DNA of 64,000 bases, taken from the NCBI GenBank assembly GCA_004764695.1, contig SMSO01000004.1, forward strand, positions 1,612,001 through 1,676,000. The letters run 5' to 3'. Both the position numbers and the translations under genes were made by a program. The notes under the pieces were generated by a model that did no database searches, was not told the DNA's origin, and worked only from the letters and a program-made list of their open reading frames with translations. This stretch comes from Schizochytrium sp. TIO01 (lineage: Eukaryota > Protista > Bigyra: Labyrinthulomycetes). Positions 48,356 through 60,686 of the stretch are shown in pieces (the stretch's first letter is position 1; each line of letters begins with the position of its first letter).

Positions 48356-49516
48356 CACTTCTGGTATTGATGCCAGGTTTTGGCATCCCCAAAACGAAAA
48401 ATGTGAAACTCTGCTTCATGATTATATTTTTCACTTGCCAAAGTTACATCGAAGACTAAATAGATAAAATCATTGAAGTAATATACAGCTGCTGCCTATT
48501 CTAACCTAATCTAACCGGACCTAACCAAGCTCTTCCGACATTATACATTCATTCCTGCCTGTATGCAGACCCGAAACCCCAATAACTCATATATCGTCCT
48601 CTTTCTCTTTTTCCTGAGTTCGCCATCCTTGTGAGACTACCTCTGCACGCTTCACAGTACAAGCTACTCTGCAATAGTATCATAATTATAAAATGAGTCA
48701 GTCTATCTTGAAATCCAATTCAAATATCAGCAAAGCGCTAACTCTTTAAGCCAAACTTCACTAAGCTTTCGTAAGCCTTCATCTTTCAAATCTGTCTCTA
48801 CCTAAATGGACTAATTTATTAGCACTGAGCATCAGTAGGAGATTGAAACAAGATCTTCAGTACTATGCAGTTATTCTAAAGACACTTCTGAAGAGAGCGA
48901 AACAACAACAGCTGATTCTAAGTTATTGCACATGAATCTTTTGAATATTCTACACTAATTCCACTAGTAATTCAGCTCTTAAAAGGCCTTCTACCAAACG
49001 AATTTCTAGAAAATGAGCAAAACCAATTAGAAGCTCTAGCGTTATGTAAGTATCGAATTTGAAATTCTTGTCGCCTAGCAGTATTCCTTGAGTAACAGAT
49101 GTAAAGAAGCCTAATCTCAGGAATTGACTTGGCAAGTTGGATATTGGTAATCATTTAAATAATTTTAATGTTTGTCCCGCAGGTGAACTACGTCACGTGT
49201 TTTCTTCGAATGTGATTCATAGAACATCCTGAATCTTTGTAAGTGAATGAAAGAGAACATTCACTACCTTTGAAACCCCTCTAATATCATGTTAAGAACA
49301 TCGTCGTTCCGCACACAATAGCAGCAAGTGGGCTTCCTTGGTGTGAGGAGTCACTATCGTTCTTTAGTTGATTGTATGCGACAAAACATACGCTTGAGAG
49401 AAAAGATAAAAAGTTCAATCGTTGAAAATTGATTTAGAAAAATGTAAACGACAAAGGAGGGGGTTTGAAAGGTTATAAATCAGCATGGACAGTTAATTTA
49501 CTTTTCATCAGTTGCC

Positions 49517-50344
49517 CTACTCCTCAGTAAGCTTAAGCTGAGGGCTCATTTTACAGTCCTGCCAGAACTCGCCGCTCTTGCCCTCGAGGTCCTTGGAAAC
49601 AACATGTTCAATAACCTCTGCACCAACTTCAGGAGAACGGGGAGCTTCCTCTCCACCCATGCTTGTGCTGCACCAACCAGGGCAGCAAGTAGCTACCAAA
49701 AGCTTAGGGTGCTCTTTCGCAAATGCGTCGAAGTATTGACGAATGCAAAGCTTGCTCATTTGGTAACCAGAAACAATGTCCGGGAACTTCTTCTCCTCTA
49801 GCTTGCCCTCGCGGGCAGCTTCAAGGTATTCATTAGCAATTGTCAATGCATCGTTGGGCTTGAATTCCGGGGACAAAAACCGCTGCTTGAGCTCTTCGTC
49901 GCAGCCATTGAACAGCGCAGTTGCGAGTCCAGAGCTAAGGGTGACGACGCGAGCACCTTCAGTCTTTTCCAAGATAGGGGTCATACGCTCAGTGAGCTTA
50001 ACAGTCTGAAAGACGTTGGTCTTGAAGGTGATCTCAGTTTTGGGGAGGTCACCATCCAAAACACCGTACCCGGCGTTGTTGACAAGACAGAACAGCTCCG
50101 GGTGCTTCTCAGTCAAAGCAGCAACAAAGGCTTCCTGAGATGCGTCGTTATCAAGGTCAAGAACCATAAGTTCAAGGCTAGCTGAAGGAGTCTCTTCACG
50201 AATCTTATCGATCGCGGCCTGACCGCGTTCCTCATTGCGGGAGGTGATAATCACATGGAATTCGCCATTGCGAGCGAGCTTACGAGCAGCCTCAAAGCCA
50301 ATGCCTTGGTTTGCTCCAGTAATCACAACAACCTTAGTAGCCAT
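49517..50344 (-). CDS. CBR1-like SDR, copy 5
   Basis: TGANQGIG, NNAG, YQMSK, CCPGWCSTSMGG; ATG at 50344 is aligned with the paralogues. Confidence 0.9.
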   Translation of the reverse strand: MATKVVVITGANQGIGFEAARKLARNGEFHVIITSRNEERGQAAIDKIREETPSASLELMVLDLDNDASQEAFVAALTEKHPELFCLVNNAGYGVLDGDLPKTEITFKTNVFQTVKLTERMTPILEKTEGARVVTLSSGLATALFNGCDEELKQRFLSPEFKPNDALTIANEYLEAAREGKLEEKKFPDIVSGYQMSKLCIRQYFDAFAKEHPKLLVATCCPGWCSTSMGGEEAPRSPEVGAEVIEHVVSKDLEGKSGEFWQDCKMSPQLKLTEE

Positions 50345-51930
50345 CTTGCGCACAAGTGTTTCGTTCGCGAGCTTGTGTCTTTGTAATTTTTCCGTCGCGA
50401 GAGGTTTGGGGTTTGCTTGCCAAGCCTTTCCATGACAAGGTTTACACGAACCGCTCTGCCCTATTCTTGCGCACCTCACTACCGCCTTCAATAATGCGCT
50501 ACTAAGTAGTATGTAGGTGATGCTCCTTTGCCTTCGTCTTCCAACCTCATTGCTCTAACATAGGAACTCATACTACAACTAGTCTCCGCTTTCTTCCAAG
50601 AACCACAAGCCAAGGTGTTTTCCGCAGCGACCCATGAGAACAATGGTCCCGAAGCACCTACGTGTCACTCACGCTCTGTCTCTTCTTCCCAAGCCTTCCT
50701 CTGCTCCTCCGAGCCCAAATCTTGCCACATCAGGTAAATACGATTCTCTAATCCCTTTCAAACAAATCTATATCGAGTTCTTCTACATAGACTTTGCAGT
50801 CCTAGTGATCAATCCTCAACTCTTATCTTAACCTGCCGCGAACACCAACACAATTTGACACCTGGGACAGATACTATCTGTCTCTTAGGTGTGAACATAA
50901 GGCAAGCAGCTATAGGAGTATAGGGGCACAACATCTTGGAAAAAGTGCAGCTTTTGCGAAGGTCATAAAGGTATACTGGGGTGGTGCAGCAAGTGGTATT
51001 ATAGAGGACTTTCGCGTTTAGGTATTATGCGGGACGCCTTAGTAGGTTGTGAGGCATGCGAACTTGGTGGAGTAGACGAAACTGCGAAGCTGAGATTTGT
51101 GGACATACAACAAATTGTCAGTCGCAGGGTAGCATAAAGAACTTTTGCGAATCGAAACTCTTGATGCCTTTATGAGAGAGGACTATTCCCAGACAACAGA
51201 TAGGAGAAACTATCATTTGGAGGCTCGCTAAAAAAGCTGTTAGAAGTAGACACAAAGCTGTGATGATCGAGCTAAGATTAGAAGAAAGTTTACTTTCCGG
51301 GGCGGCATCTAGAAGGAGGTAGGGAGCGCGGTGGTGCAGGGTCTTTATAAAAAAAGAGACAGTACAATACACAGCCAAATTTAGAAGTGGACTTTGAGTC
51401 AGGCAAGTGGAAAGAACAAAATCACAAAAATCAAAGCTGTTCTTGAGTATATTTATGTTGCCAGGTAACGAGGTAGAGTACCTGAATGTTGTATTGTGTT
51501 AGAAAGAGTAGTAGTACAGAGTACTAAAAACCACGACACTAAGATTTTGAGGAAGGACTACTGAGATGCTTCATCTAGAGCTAACGGAAGCTACTTTGAT
51601 TAATTTCATGGAAAGAGAGCAATGTTCACTGACCAGCGGGGAATAAATTTAGGCATCTTCAGGGTCCTCAAGTACTAACGAAGTTATGTGTTGTTTGTTC
51701 ATGAACATCTCGATCTTGAATACCTATTCAGTCATTTGAGGTGGAGTAAATCAGAATCACCCATAATCGTATGAAATTCTGGGCTGTGCATTGTCAAGAT
51801 CATGTGGGCTCACAAAGAAAGAGAAGTTGCTGAAGAGCAGATGTGTCGCAAGTTGATGAATGATGCTGCATCAGGTGGACAAAGATATAGGTGTATTAGA
51901 GAGAAATGAAAATACTGAAGAACCTATGAT

Positions 51931-52785
51931 CTAATCCTTAGACTTCTTCTTCTTCTTCTTCTTCTCCTTCTTATCGTCGCTAGTCTCCGTGGCGGCAGCC
52001 GTCTCGTCCTCCTGTTTGGATTTCTTACTCTTCTTCTTTTTATCCTTCTTCTCTGAGGATTCATCCTTCTCCTCAGCAGAGCGTTTGCGTTTCTTGTCCT
52101 TGGTGGTCTTTTCCTCCTCCTCGTCGCTGCTGCCAGCATCCTTCTTTTTCTTGGATTTCTTCTCCTTCTTGTCCTTCTTGTCCTTCTTAGACTTTGTCTT
52201 CTCCTCGCTGTCGTTGTTTGTTTCAGTTTCTGCGGCCTTCTCCTCAGCCTTCTTGGATTTCTTCTCCTTTTTGGATTTCTTCTCCTTCTTGCTCACGGCC
52301 TCGTCGTCCTTATCCTCCTTGTCCTTCTTGTCCTTCTTGGACTTCTTGGACTTCTTGTTAGCATCAGAGTCATCGCTTTCAGATGTCTTCTTTGATTTTG
52401 AATCCTTCTTCTTCTTGCTTTTGGCCGGAGCAGGAGCAGCAACTTCCCCTTCATCGTCGGAGTCCTCTTCGTCGCTGTCGGCGAATTTCATAAGGTTCTT
52501 GTTCACCTCAGGTTTAGGGGGCTTGTAGCCTGCAGGCACGAACTTAATCAGCGGCATATGGCCAGGTCGAGGCCCAGTGATGGTGGATACATCTTCTTCA
52601 GGTTCTTCGTCTTCCTTTTTCAATTCGTTGCCGTATTTATCCATTCCATGCTGCTTGAGGATGGACTTGGCAAGGTCGAAGCCTCCAGAGGCCTGGAACC
52701 CAGTTCCAAGACCTCCACGACCACCGCGAGAACTCGCCTTGGTCTTAAACTCATCGTGCAGAGCCGCAAGCTTGTCGTCCTCCAT
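51931..52785 (-). CDS. Lys/Glu/Asp-rich (KKE/D-repeat) low-complexity protein, nucleolar-like
   Basis: KKDKKDKKEKKSKK repeats, poly-K tail, N-terminal RGGRGGLG; first ATG is 52785. Confidence 0.75.
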   Translation of the reverse strand: MEDDKLAALHDEFKTKASSRGGRGGLGTGFQASGGFDLAKSILKQHGMDKYGNELKKEDEEPEEDVSTITGPRPGHMPLIKFVPAGYKPPKPEVNKNLMKFADSDEEDSDDEGEVAAPAPAKSKKKKDSKSKKTSESDDSDANKKSKKSKKDKKDKEDKDDEAVSKKEKKSKKEKKSKKAEEKAAETETNNDSEEKTKSKKDKKDKKEKKSKKKKDAGSSDEEEEKTTKDKKRKRSAEEKDESSEKKDKKKKSKKSKQEDETAAATETSDDKKEKKKKKKKSKD

Positions 52786-54356
52786 CGTACACAATCAGCG
52801 AAATTTTCTCCGCAAACACCGACTGCCCAAGCCCAAGCCGAAGCCCAAGCGTCTTTAGTCACGTATGATGGATGCCGCGAGCTCCAGCACCACCTTGACG
52901 AGTAAATTACTCGACCACCAATCGCTCGCTGCCCAGCCGTCCTCGCTTAGGTCGTGCACACAGGGTACTCAACTTGAGTACCCCACTCCTTTTCAAAGGT
53001 GTGTGCCTGTAGGGAGACCGCGTGGCTCTGTCCTCAGAGTCCGTGCCCACGAATGATGCGATTTGGATTAGACCTAGGAAACAGCTGTTCTGTAGGGCAC
53101 GAAGCATTAGAGGCTAAGTAAATGTATCGTTGGCGAGAGAAACCGTTGTCAAGACACGCTGACATTTATCTCGGAAAAAATAATACAATCGATGATTAAT
53201 AATGAAACAATGCTATAGCTGATCACCAGTAATGAAAAAGGTGTAGAAATCAATTCCCGACTATTAGTGAATGCTTTATTACTCGCTTCTCGCATCGCGT
53301 ACCCTTCGTCTGGTTGATGATATAGGTATTGCGAAAGCATTACTTCTCAAAGCAAGCAAAATGTTGATGCCTAGTCCAACAGAATAAGAGTAAAAAGTCC
53401 GTAGAAGGGTACCTTTGGTAGTTTTTTACCAACTGATAACAAAAGATTTTGTCTTTCTTCCATGCTGTCCCTTTTCCCCATATGTTAGAAGGGAAGCGAG
53501 GAAGCTGCCTTTTAACAGAGTGCGCAGATTTTCCGGCATGCAAGTCCCTCCCACCTACATTTCTCTAAACTTGTCAACTGTTTAATGCCACCACTGATTA
53601 GCTGATCTAGACCAGTAAGTCAAGCCCTTACTATCTATTGGCTTTCCACGGACCCTTCTTGTTTTAAAACACTTCTCTAAAGCTTGACAAGCCCATATCT
53701 TAAGTAAATACCTACCAGAATATTACTGCAAGTAGCCTTGAAATTGATCTCATCTCGTCAAAAACACACACAACTTTCATATAAAATAGGCCTACATCTA
53801 CTCCTTCTGCATTCCATTCCAACTTCAACAATTTCTCCAACCCGAGGCACCTTCACTTTTGATGAGCCATCACACATGGATGCATCATTTCCTACTCCTT
53901 CACTTCTTTTTTGTTTCAGGACCTCGACCTGTAGGGGGACAGCTCACCATCTTCCCGTTCCTTTTCTCTCTCCATGTTCTCTCTAGCCTTTCCTTTCATG
54001 AGAACATGACTCTTCTTCACAGGGTTAGGTAAGTATTTTTACGGCGCATAGCAGCGCCGTATTTTTGATTGGCTCGCTCCCTGTCTTTCTGGAGGGCACA
54101 TCTTCGCGCGGTGTGTCCCCTCCTGCTTTCCATGTCTAGTTAAGGGGTATAGTGTAAGTCCATGTCTGTGGCGGAGATCACTCTCGGGTCGCGGCCTAAA
54201 AAGAGGTCTAATGGTGTTAGAAGTCGGATATGGGTCGTTAGGAGTTGGTCTGGGTGGAGGAAAGCAAGGTAAAGAGCAGAGCGACGGAGGTGCAGCAGAA
54301 TACTGTCAAGCATCTGTCGATTGTTGTAGGTTGCGGTCCTCAGTAGCGACGGCAGG

Positions 54357-54623
54357 ATGACGAAGGGTACTCAGGCGTTTGGTAAGAAGCACAACAAGTC
54401 GCACGTGCTGTGCCGGCGGTGCGGCAAGTCGTCTTACCACGTGCAGAAGGGCCAATGCGCCTCTTGCGGCTACCCTGCTGCTAAGATGCGCCGGTTCCAG
54501 TGGGGCAAGAAGGCCCTCCGCCGCCGCACAGAGGGCACCGGCCGCATGCGCTACATGAAGACCATCCCCCGCCGCGCCAAGAACGGATTCCGCGAGGGCA
54601 CCGTCGCCAAGGCCTCCAAGTAA
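54357..54623 (+). CDS. RPL37: 60S ribosomal protein L37 (eL37)
   Basis: [23 protein letters not shown]...CASCGYP...TGRMRY; canonical Zn finger. Confidence 0.97.
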   Translation: MTKGTQAFGKKHNKSHVLCRRCGKSSYHVQKGQCASCGYPAAKMRRFQWGKKALRRRTEGTGRMRYMKTIPRRAKNGFREGTVAKASK

Positions 54624-56345
54624 GCTCGCTTGCTTGCTTCGTCTATTTGAATGAACGAGCGACCGATTTCGCCTCGTTTGCTTAGTCAGCCAACCATTCT
54701 CTCCTTTCGTATTTCGCCAGTGCCGATTTGCTTACATACGCTCTCTCGATCTCCGTGGACTTCTTCACAAATAGTCGCGTCCTCTCGCCCTTTGCTCGCT
54801 AGTCACGAGGTGGTTTCTTAAATTTGAACGAATTTGGACGAACTCGTGTTTTAAGGATCTCGTTCAATACTCCTATCTCGACTCTTGCGACCTTGAAGGA
54901 TTCTCAAGTGGATGTTGCCTTTGTGAGGTGGAATGACTTGCGGAGACCTGGAAGGCGTTGTGTGGCTCTACTGTGCTCTGGCTTGAGGTGCGCTGGTTAG
55001 GACCGGCGAGGTGAACTTGATCGATCAACGTGGTAAATGTGACGTTTCAACAACTACTCTTTCGACTTCTTATACTTCTGAGGTAGCAGCTGTTTACGAC
55101 GCGCTCTGGCCGTTGTCTGATACAGGATGAATGCAAGAATCAACTCGTGAACAACTTTATTCTCTTTTACCTTTTTTTGCTTTTGGTGTCTCCTTTTCTT
55201 TTTCTCTATATATGCATTGATGATATTCCGTTACGATGTAATGGAAGCCCAGTTGCGGATTTTCTTGGGGTAGAAAGGCAACTTTTTCTTGTGATCTCAG
55301 CGATGTGGGTGGACGCGATTGTTTGAACTCGAAACCTACTGCATCACTGGTTTTGAGATGACGTGGAGATTAGTGACTCTCCCGAAGGTGTCTCTTTCAT
55401 GCACCGTGGGTTACTATCTTCGCTTCCATGAATCGCACGTTTACCCATTTCGAGCAGATGTCCTGAGAATTCCTAACTTTTGCAAAGGTGGCTGAAGTTC
55501 GTCCTTAATCCTATTCTTGCTTGGGGGTTGTTTCGTACTGATGATTCATTTCGTCTTCATGGTGATGGAAATGCACCAAATCTTTACCACCTGTACACTT
55601 GAATGGCATGTCCCAGAAATTGTCTTGCGCCGAGTCCCAAATATCATTAATGCGGTTACTCCTGCCTCTTGGAGGTATCTGAGCCATTTTCTTACTTGCC
55701 GGCCCCAGTTGTTTTGAGGTCTTAATCTTGTTCATTTTCTGAAGAATGATTTCCCTGGTGTCTCTTTTTGCTCCGAGAGAGTATGTTTACTAGCATTCGC
55801 AGATCTTAATCACGCTGCCTCTCTCCTACTGTATCTTGAAAACACATTCTTCTTCGCAGAAAGATATTTATGCAATGTAGCATCTCTAATCATTCTGAAC
55901 ATGTGTTTAATGTACCTTGAGATTTTAGAGTGCCAAGACTCGTTGTGCTTTAGCGACTAGTTTAAGACTAGTTTCTTATGGATACCTGAACAATCTGTTC
56001 CCACGTATGAACGATTAATGAAGCTTAAATAAAGATATATATCATCCTATTTGTAATTAGGCCTGGCCAAAAACTTCCCTCAAGAACATCCGGGAACGTT
56101 GCATTTGTTTGACCATCTCCGTATTTATTACTTCTATTAAGTAGAATCTCACCTCACCGAGAATTTCTTCCTCTTATAACGAAAAATCACACGGTGAATC
56201 AATACTGAGACCTTCTGAACGAATGCCGAAAGGAAAGTTGGATAAGGAGGAATGTTGAACGAAGAAAAAAATATACGCAAAATGAACGGCTGTTACATGA
56301 GGTTATTTGTAATTTAGAGGTTCGATAGGCTGACAATATTGTGTA

Positions 56346-59246
56346 TTACGGAGAAGGCGAAAATAATGCCAAGAGAGCTTGCTGCTGCTTTGACAATTTT
56401 CCTTTCTTCTCTAGAATATGCAATGCCTGCTCCGCCAGAGGAGCTGCTTCTTGGTCAAAGACTAGACTTGCAGCCTCGTCGGCAATGATTTTAGCAACAC
56501 GGAGGGCAGTAGAGCTTTCATCAAGGAGAGCTTGAACAACCTTAGATCCTGCTGGAGTGTGCTTTGAAAGTGACACAAGATCTAGCCGTTCAATACACGC
56601 CTCACGAAGCTCAGGGCTACGAGTGAGCACGACATGTCCCAAAACGTGGTGTGCAAGTAGATGTACATATGCCGGGTCCACAAACTTCGCATCCACCATC
56701 TTCCGAGAGGACTCAAAACGTGAAGTGGCGAGCTGGACAGGGTTTGCGGCAGCGCTCAGCGCCGCCCGAACACGCTCGTTGCCATCAGGACAGGTTGCCA
56801 TTGCAAGCATCAAGGCACGAGGATGAACCAAGAGTTCAGTGGCATCAACGTTGTCGAGAATTACATCGAGGAGCTTCTCACCAGTTTTATTATCGTGCAT
56901 ATCCTTGAGTGCCGCAAGCAGTACGTTACAGGCTACCGTACTTGACATGAGCACTGGTACAGAAAACTCCAAAAGGCCTACGAGGCGCTCACGGTCCTCC
57001 TGAGACCCACCACGGAGCATCTCAAGGACAATCTGCGATGCATAGCGATCTGTCAGCAAAACACCCACACAGGCACCCATGCGATCCATAATCTCGGAAG
57101 CAAGTTCCACGTCATCCCCGCGACGGAGCATATCCATAACCCGTGCACGACCCTCAGGTGTCATAAAGATATCCTGCAAGGGCATTTTAAACTGCGAAAT
57201 AAGCATTTCAAGAGTTGAGCTAGCAGATTCTGACGAGGCAGAGAACGATGACCCAGGCGGGGATGCCAGAGCACACTCAGGCATTTGCATCATAGCCATG
57301 TGCTGATGATGTTGCTGCATATGATGTGCCTGGGCCTGGGCCTGAGCCTGAGCATGTGCAAGATCCGGGCCGGTTGCATACATGGGGGGGAGCTGCGCGT
57401 AGGCATCACCAGAAGGCATGTACATGAAAAATGGTGCTCCTCCCGGGTTCGTGCCAGGCATACCCCCTGGCGGCGGGTACGGGTACCACATCATAGCATG
57501 CTGATGTGCCGCAGCTGCTGCAGCAGCCGCTGCTGCATTCGCTGGGTTTACAGGTCCGGGTTGGGGCTGTGGTGCTTGTGGGTGCTGCTGCATCATTGCT
57601 GGCATTGGGTACATGGGTGCAACACCAGCCTCACCGGCTTGCACGGGAGAGATCATTGGTGGGAGGGGTGGTGATTGCATACCAGGCGGCATAGGCGGTT
57701 GCTGCATGGGGATGAAGCCAGGTGGGCCACGCATACCTCCCTGGTGTATAGAAGGTAAAACTGCAGGGTTCGATTCCATGGATGCTACTGAGTCTAGCCC
57801 CGGCGTATTGCAGACCACAGTAGGCGGCTGCTGCGATACAGGTTGTGTTGCTACTGGCATGCCCATCGGCGGCATTGCCGGTGGTTGTGTTTGTGCGGTG
57901 TTGAACGTTTGTGCTGGCACTGGCACTGGCACTGGCACTGGCGCTGGCATTGGCACTGGTGCTTGCGTTTGTTGTACTTGGAGCTGTGCTTGTGCTTGTG
58001 CTTGAGGTTCAGGTTGTGTTTGTGCGGGAAGACTTGCGTGGTCAGGCACTCGGATTGTGAAGCCTGTGAATTGCCAGCGCTGTTCGTCATCTGCGGCGTG
58101 GACAAAGTTCAGCTCTGTCCATGCGTCGAGATTGACGGTTTCCCTGAGTGTGAATGCGCCCTCCACTTCGTGACGAAGCCCCTTTGCGGAAGAGTCCACT
58201 GTTACGCGGAGAACTCCAGATGCGCAAATGGCCTGAAGGTTGCCGTCACAGCGGTACTCGAGAAGACCCTGACTTGAGACAGGAACAAAAACTTCAAGTG
58301 GAGGGCCACGGTCTAGGGCAACACTGACTTTGACTTTGTCGTCGCTGGTCTGCTCAAACCTCCTCTGTTCCGCGAATAACATTGCAACGTCGAGTTTGCG
58401 ACGAGTCTCGCCCTGCAAGGCTCCACTAGTTACACTGCTTGCAGTGGCCACTGTGGCTGGATTCTCGGATGATGCGAACGAAACGAGATCGTCCGAGACC
58501 ACTGATGAGCCCTCCTCGTCGTCCAGCTCCTCGACCTCGTCTTCCTCCTCAGAATCGTCTTCCTCTTCGTCCAGGTCGTCCTCCTCTTCCTCGAGACCGG
58601 GGTTGGTATCTTCCTCGTCGTCCCTGCGAAGCCCTGCAAGTCGATCTTCATCCACATCCTCCAGTCCTTCATCATGAGCAGGGTCTAGGGCCCCAGCCGT
58701 TGGCATAGTAGAGATTGACGCTGTAGAGATCGAAGTTGTCGATGCCGTTGAGGATGATGTTACCTTCTTGGCTCTTGATCTTCTCGACCCAGACCTCACT
58801 GAGCCTGGTCTCGAAGTAATCGAGATGCTCGAATTCATGCTGACATTTCCAGTAACATTCTGAGTGCCGGTGACTTCCGAATCTGGTGTTGGGAGTGTTT
58901 TCGTTGTTGGTGGTGTCGGGGTTGCATTCACGCTCGGGGGTGCCGGTTGCCGGCTTCGGTTTCGACGTCTCGAGGTTCTCGATTTGCCGTTTTTCCCAAC
59001 GTTATTATGCGAGGGTATTTTGTGGTGCACAGGTTGTGTTGTCTTCGTAAATGATTCCGATGATGGCGGCGCTGAGGTTGGGTTCGTAGACGAAGACGAG
59101 CTCGTAGACGACGACGGTGATGCCGGCATTGACGAGGAAGCAGACGCAGGCATCGCTTGCGTTGACCGGTTTGCAGCGCCGCGAGGGGCGCCGGATGCCT
59201 CTGCGGGACCGCGGCGGCGGCGGCGCAGGTTCGTACTGACGGCCAT
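56346..59246 (-). CDS. Low-complexity protein with C-terminal degenerate Pumilio (PUF)-like repeats
   Basis: S/T-rich, acidic and Pro/Gln/Met-rich regions, then helical repeats resembling the PUF consensus (LLTDRYASQIVLEML, LMSSTVACNVLLAAL, LSKHTPAGSKVVQALLD). First ATG is 59246. Confidence 0.7.
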   Translation of the reverse strand: MAVSTNLRRRRRGPAEASGAPRGAANRSTQAMPASASSSMPASPSSSTSSSSSTNPTSAPPSSESFTKTTQPVHHKIPSHNNVGKNGKSRTSRRRNRSRQPAPPSVNATPTPPTTKTLPTPDSEVTGTQNVTGNVSMNSSISITSRPGSVRSGSRRSRAKKVTSSSTASTTSISTASISTMPTAGALDPAHDEGLEDVDEDRLAGLRRDDEEDTNPGLEEEEDDLDEEEDDSEEEDEVEELDDEEGSSVVSDDLVSFASSENPATVATASSVTSGALQGETRRKLDVAMLFAEQRRFEQTSDDKVKVSVALDRGPPLEVFVPVSSQGLLEYRCDGNLQAICASGVLRVTVDSSAKGLRHEVEGAFTLRETVNLDAWTELNFVHAADDEQRWQFTGFTIRVPDHASLPAQTQPEPQAQAQAQLQVQQTQAPVPMPAPVPVPVPVPAQTFNTAQTQPPAMPPMGMPVATQPVSQQPPTVVCNTPGLDSVASMESNPAVLPSIHQGGMRGPPGFIPMQQPPMPPGMQSPPLPPMISPVQAGEAGVAPMYPMPAMMQQHPQAPQPQPGPVNPANAAAAAAAAAAHQHAMMWYPYPPPGGMPGTNPGGAPFFMYMPSGDAYAQLPPMYATGPDLAHAQAQAQAQAHHMQQHHQHMAMMQMPECALASPPGSSFSASSESASSTLEMLISQFKMPLQDIFMTPEGRARVMDMLRRGDDVELASEIMDRMGACVGVLLTDRYASQIVLEMLRGGSQEDRERLVGLLEFSVPVLMSSTVACNVLLAALKDMHDNKTGEKLLDVILDNVDATELLVHPRALMLAMATCPDGNERVRAALSAAANPVQLATSRFESSRKMVDAKFVDPAYVHLLAHHVLGHVVLTRSPELREACIERLDLVSLSKHTPAGSKVVQALLDESSTALRVAKIIADEAASLVFDQEAAPLAEQALHILEKKGKLSKQQQALLALFSPSP

Positions 59247-60635
59247 GGTAGTGGCGAGGGCGGCGAGCGGGCAGGCTTGCCGGACCAAGAGCGGGCCGCG
59301 TCGGCAATCGCTTTTGCTGCTCCTCTCTCGCTCTCTTTATTCGTTTGTTGGTCCAAAATGAGGTTTTAAAACTGTATTTTAAGTTGACAAACGCGGCGCT
59401 ACTAGCTGTTATCTAACTAACTCCCTATAGGCCTCCCTCCCTTCTTCTCTCCTTTGCACTCACTCGCTCCGTTGCGGCGTATTTTATTCTGCTCTCGCCC
59501 GCGTATTTTAATCGTCCTATGCCGCATGTACTGCTTTCTGTAGGGGTGTCGGTCTTTCTTTCTTCCTTTCTTTCTTTCTATCCCTTTTCTTTTCCTTTGG
59601 TTGTATTTTATTTTTCTCTCCCTCTGCGCGTTTTAGAGCAAGCACCCAATCAATATCTCGCTCGAGACAAGAAGAGCGGCGCCAACCCTGGCAACAAGCT
59701 AGCCAGGGAGCCTGCACAACCATCCCCTGAGGCCTCCAAGGGCTTCTGGCTGGAGCCCACAAATGCAAAGCGAAGGAGATCGCGCTGGTTTCTGGCGTTC
59801 TGTCGGAGTTCCGACTTTTGACCTGTTCTCCATATCAAACAATAACGGCGAATGTACTTAACTTTATTTTATCTTAACTTCATTCATTTTATCTTACGAT
59901 CTATCTTAGTTGTTTCACCTCTTCGTGATGCGGATCTCTCGCTCCTGCGCAGCCTTTCAATCAAGTTGGCTCTTCGCGAGCTAGCCAGCCAGCCAGCCTC
60001 CAGCCAGCCCTCCGTCCTCCAAGTCCTCGAGAAGGAGGAGTCAGGCATTCGACTCAGGCCAGCTGCGCTCGAAGCCATCCCGTCGCCGTTGGTCTCCATG
60101 CTTTGCTTACTTCGTCCATCTTTGCATTCATTCATTTGTTCTCAGAACGAACTCAATCGAACTAATTCAATCAAAGAAGAGCTTTTTCTCGAACTCTCTT
60201 TCTCTCTCTGTATCTTTTTCCCTCTTTCTCTTTCTCTCTTTCTTTTCTTTCTCTCTCTTTCTTTTCATTTTCTCTCTTTCTCTCTTTCTTTCTTTCTTTC
60301 TTTCAGACAGACATACATATACACATACGTACGCACAGATATGTTTCATACATGTATCTTGCAAGGCAACCGCCAAAGCCTGCCACAGAGGCCCTGGCGC
60401 GAGCAAGCTGCAGGCGGCGGCGGCCAAGCGCCCCCTCGGTGCCAGGCCCTCGCGCCTTCGAGCGTGCGTGTCAGCTGCCGGCGGTGGCAGCCTCGCGGAG
60501 GAGGAGGAGGAGGGAGTCTCAGCCGTTGGCGTCCGGCAAGAACGTTTGCGGAGACGGTTAGGTCCCTACAAGGAAGGAGACCAGTAGGACCCCGCTAAGG
60601 CCGCTAAGACAGCGAATCGATTGAGTTTAATTTTG

Positions 60636-60686
60636 ATTAATTATTAATTATTAATTATTAATTATTAATTATTAATTATTAATTAT
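60636..60686. repeat. AT-only 7-mer tandem repeat (ATTAATT)n
   Basis: attaattattaattattaatt..., about 7 units. Confidence 0.9.

Noticed and set aside
54620-54630. GTAAGC donor-like sequence overlapping the RPL37 stop codon
   Set aside because: The protein is already of normal eL37 length, and I identified no downstream exon.
55511-55735. 74-aa ORF between RPL37 and the PUF-like gene
   Set aside because: No recognisable motif or codon bias.
59852-60598. 248-aa + strand ORF
   Set aside because: Built from CT-microsatellite and GC-island sequence upstream of the PUF-like gene; probably non-coding.
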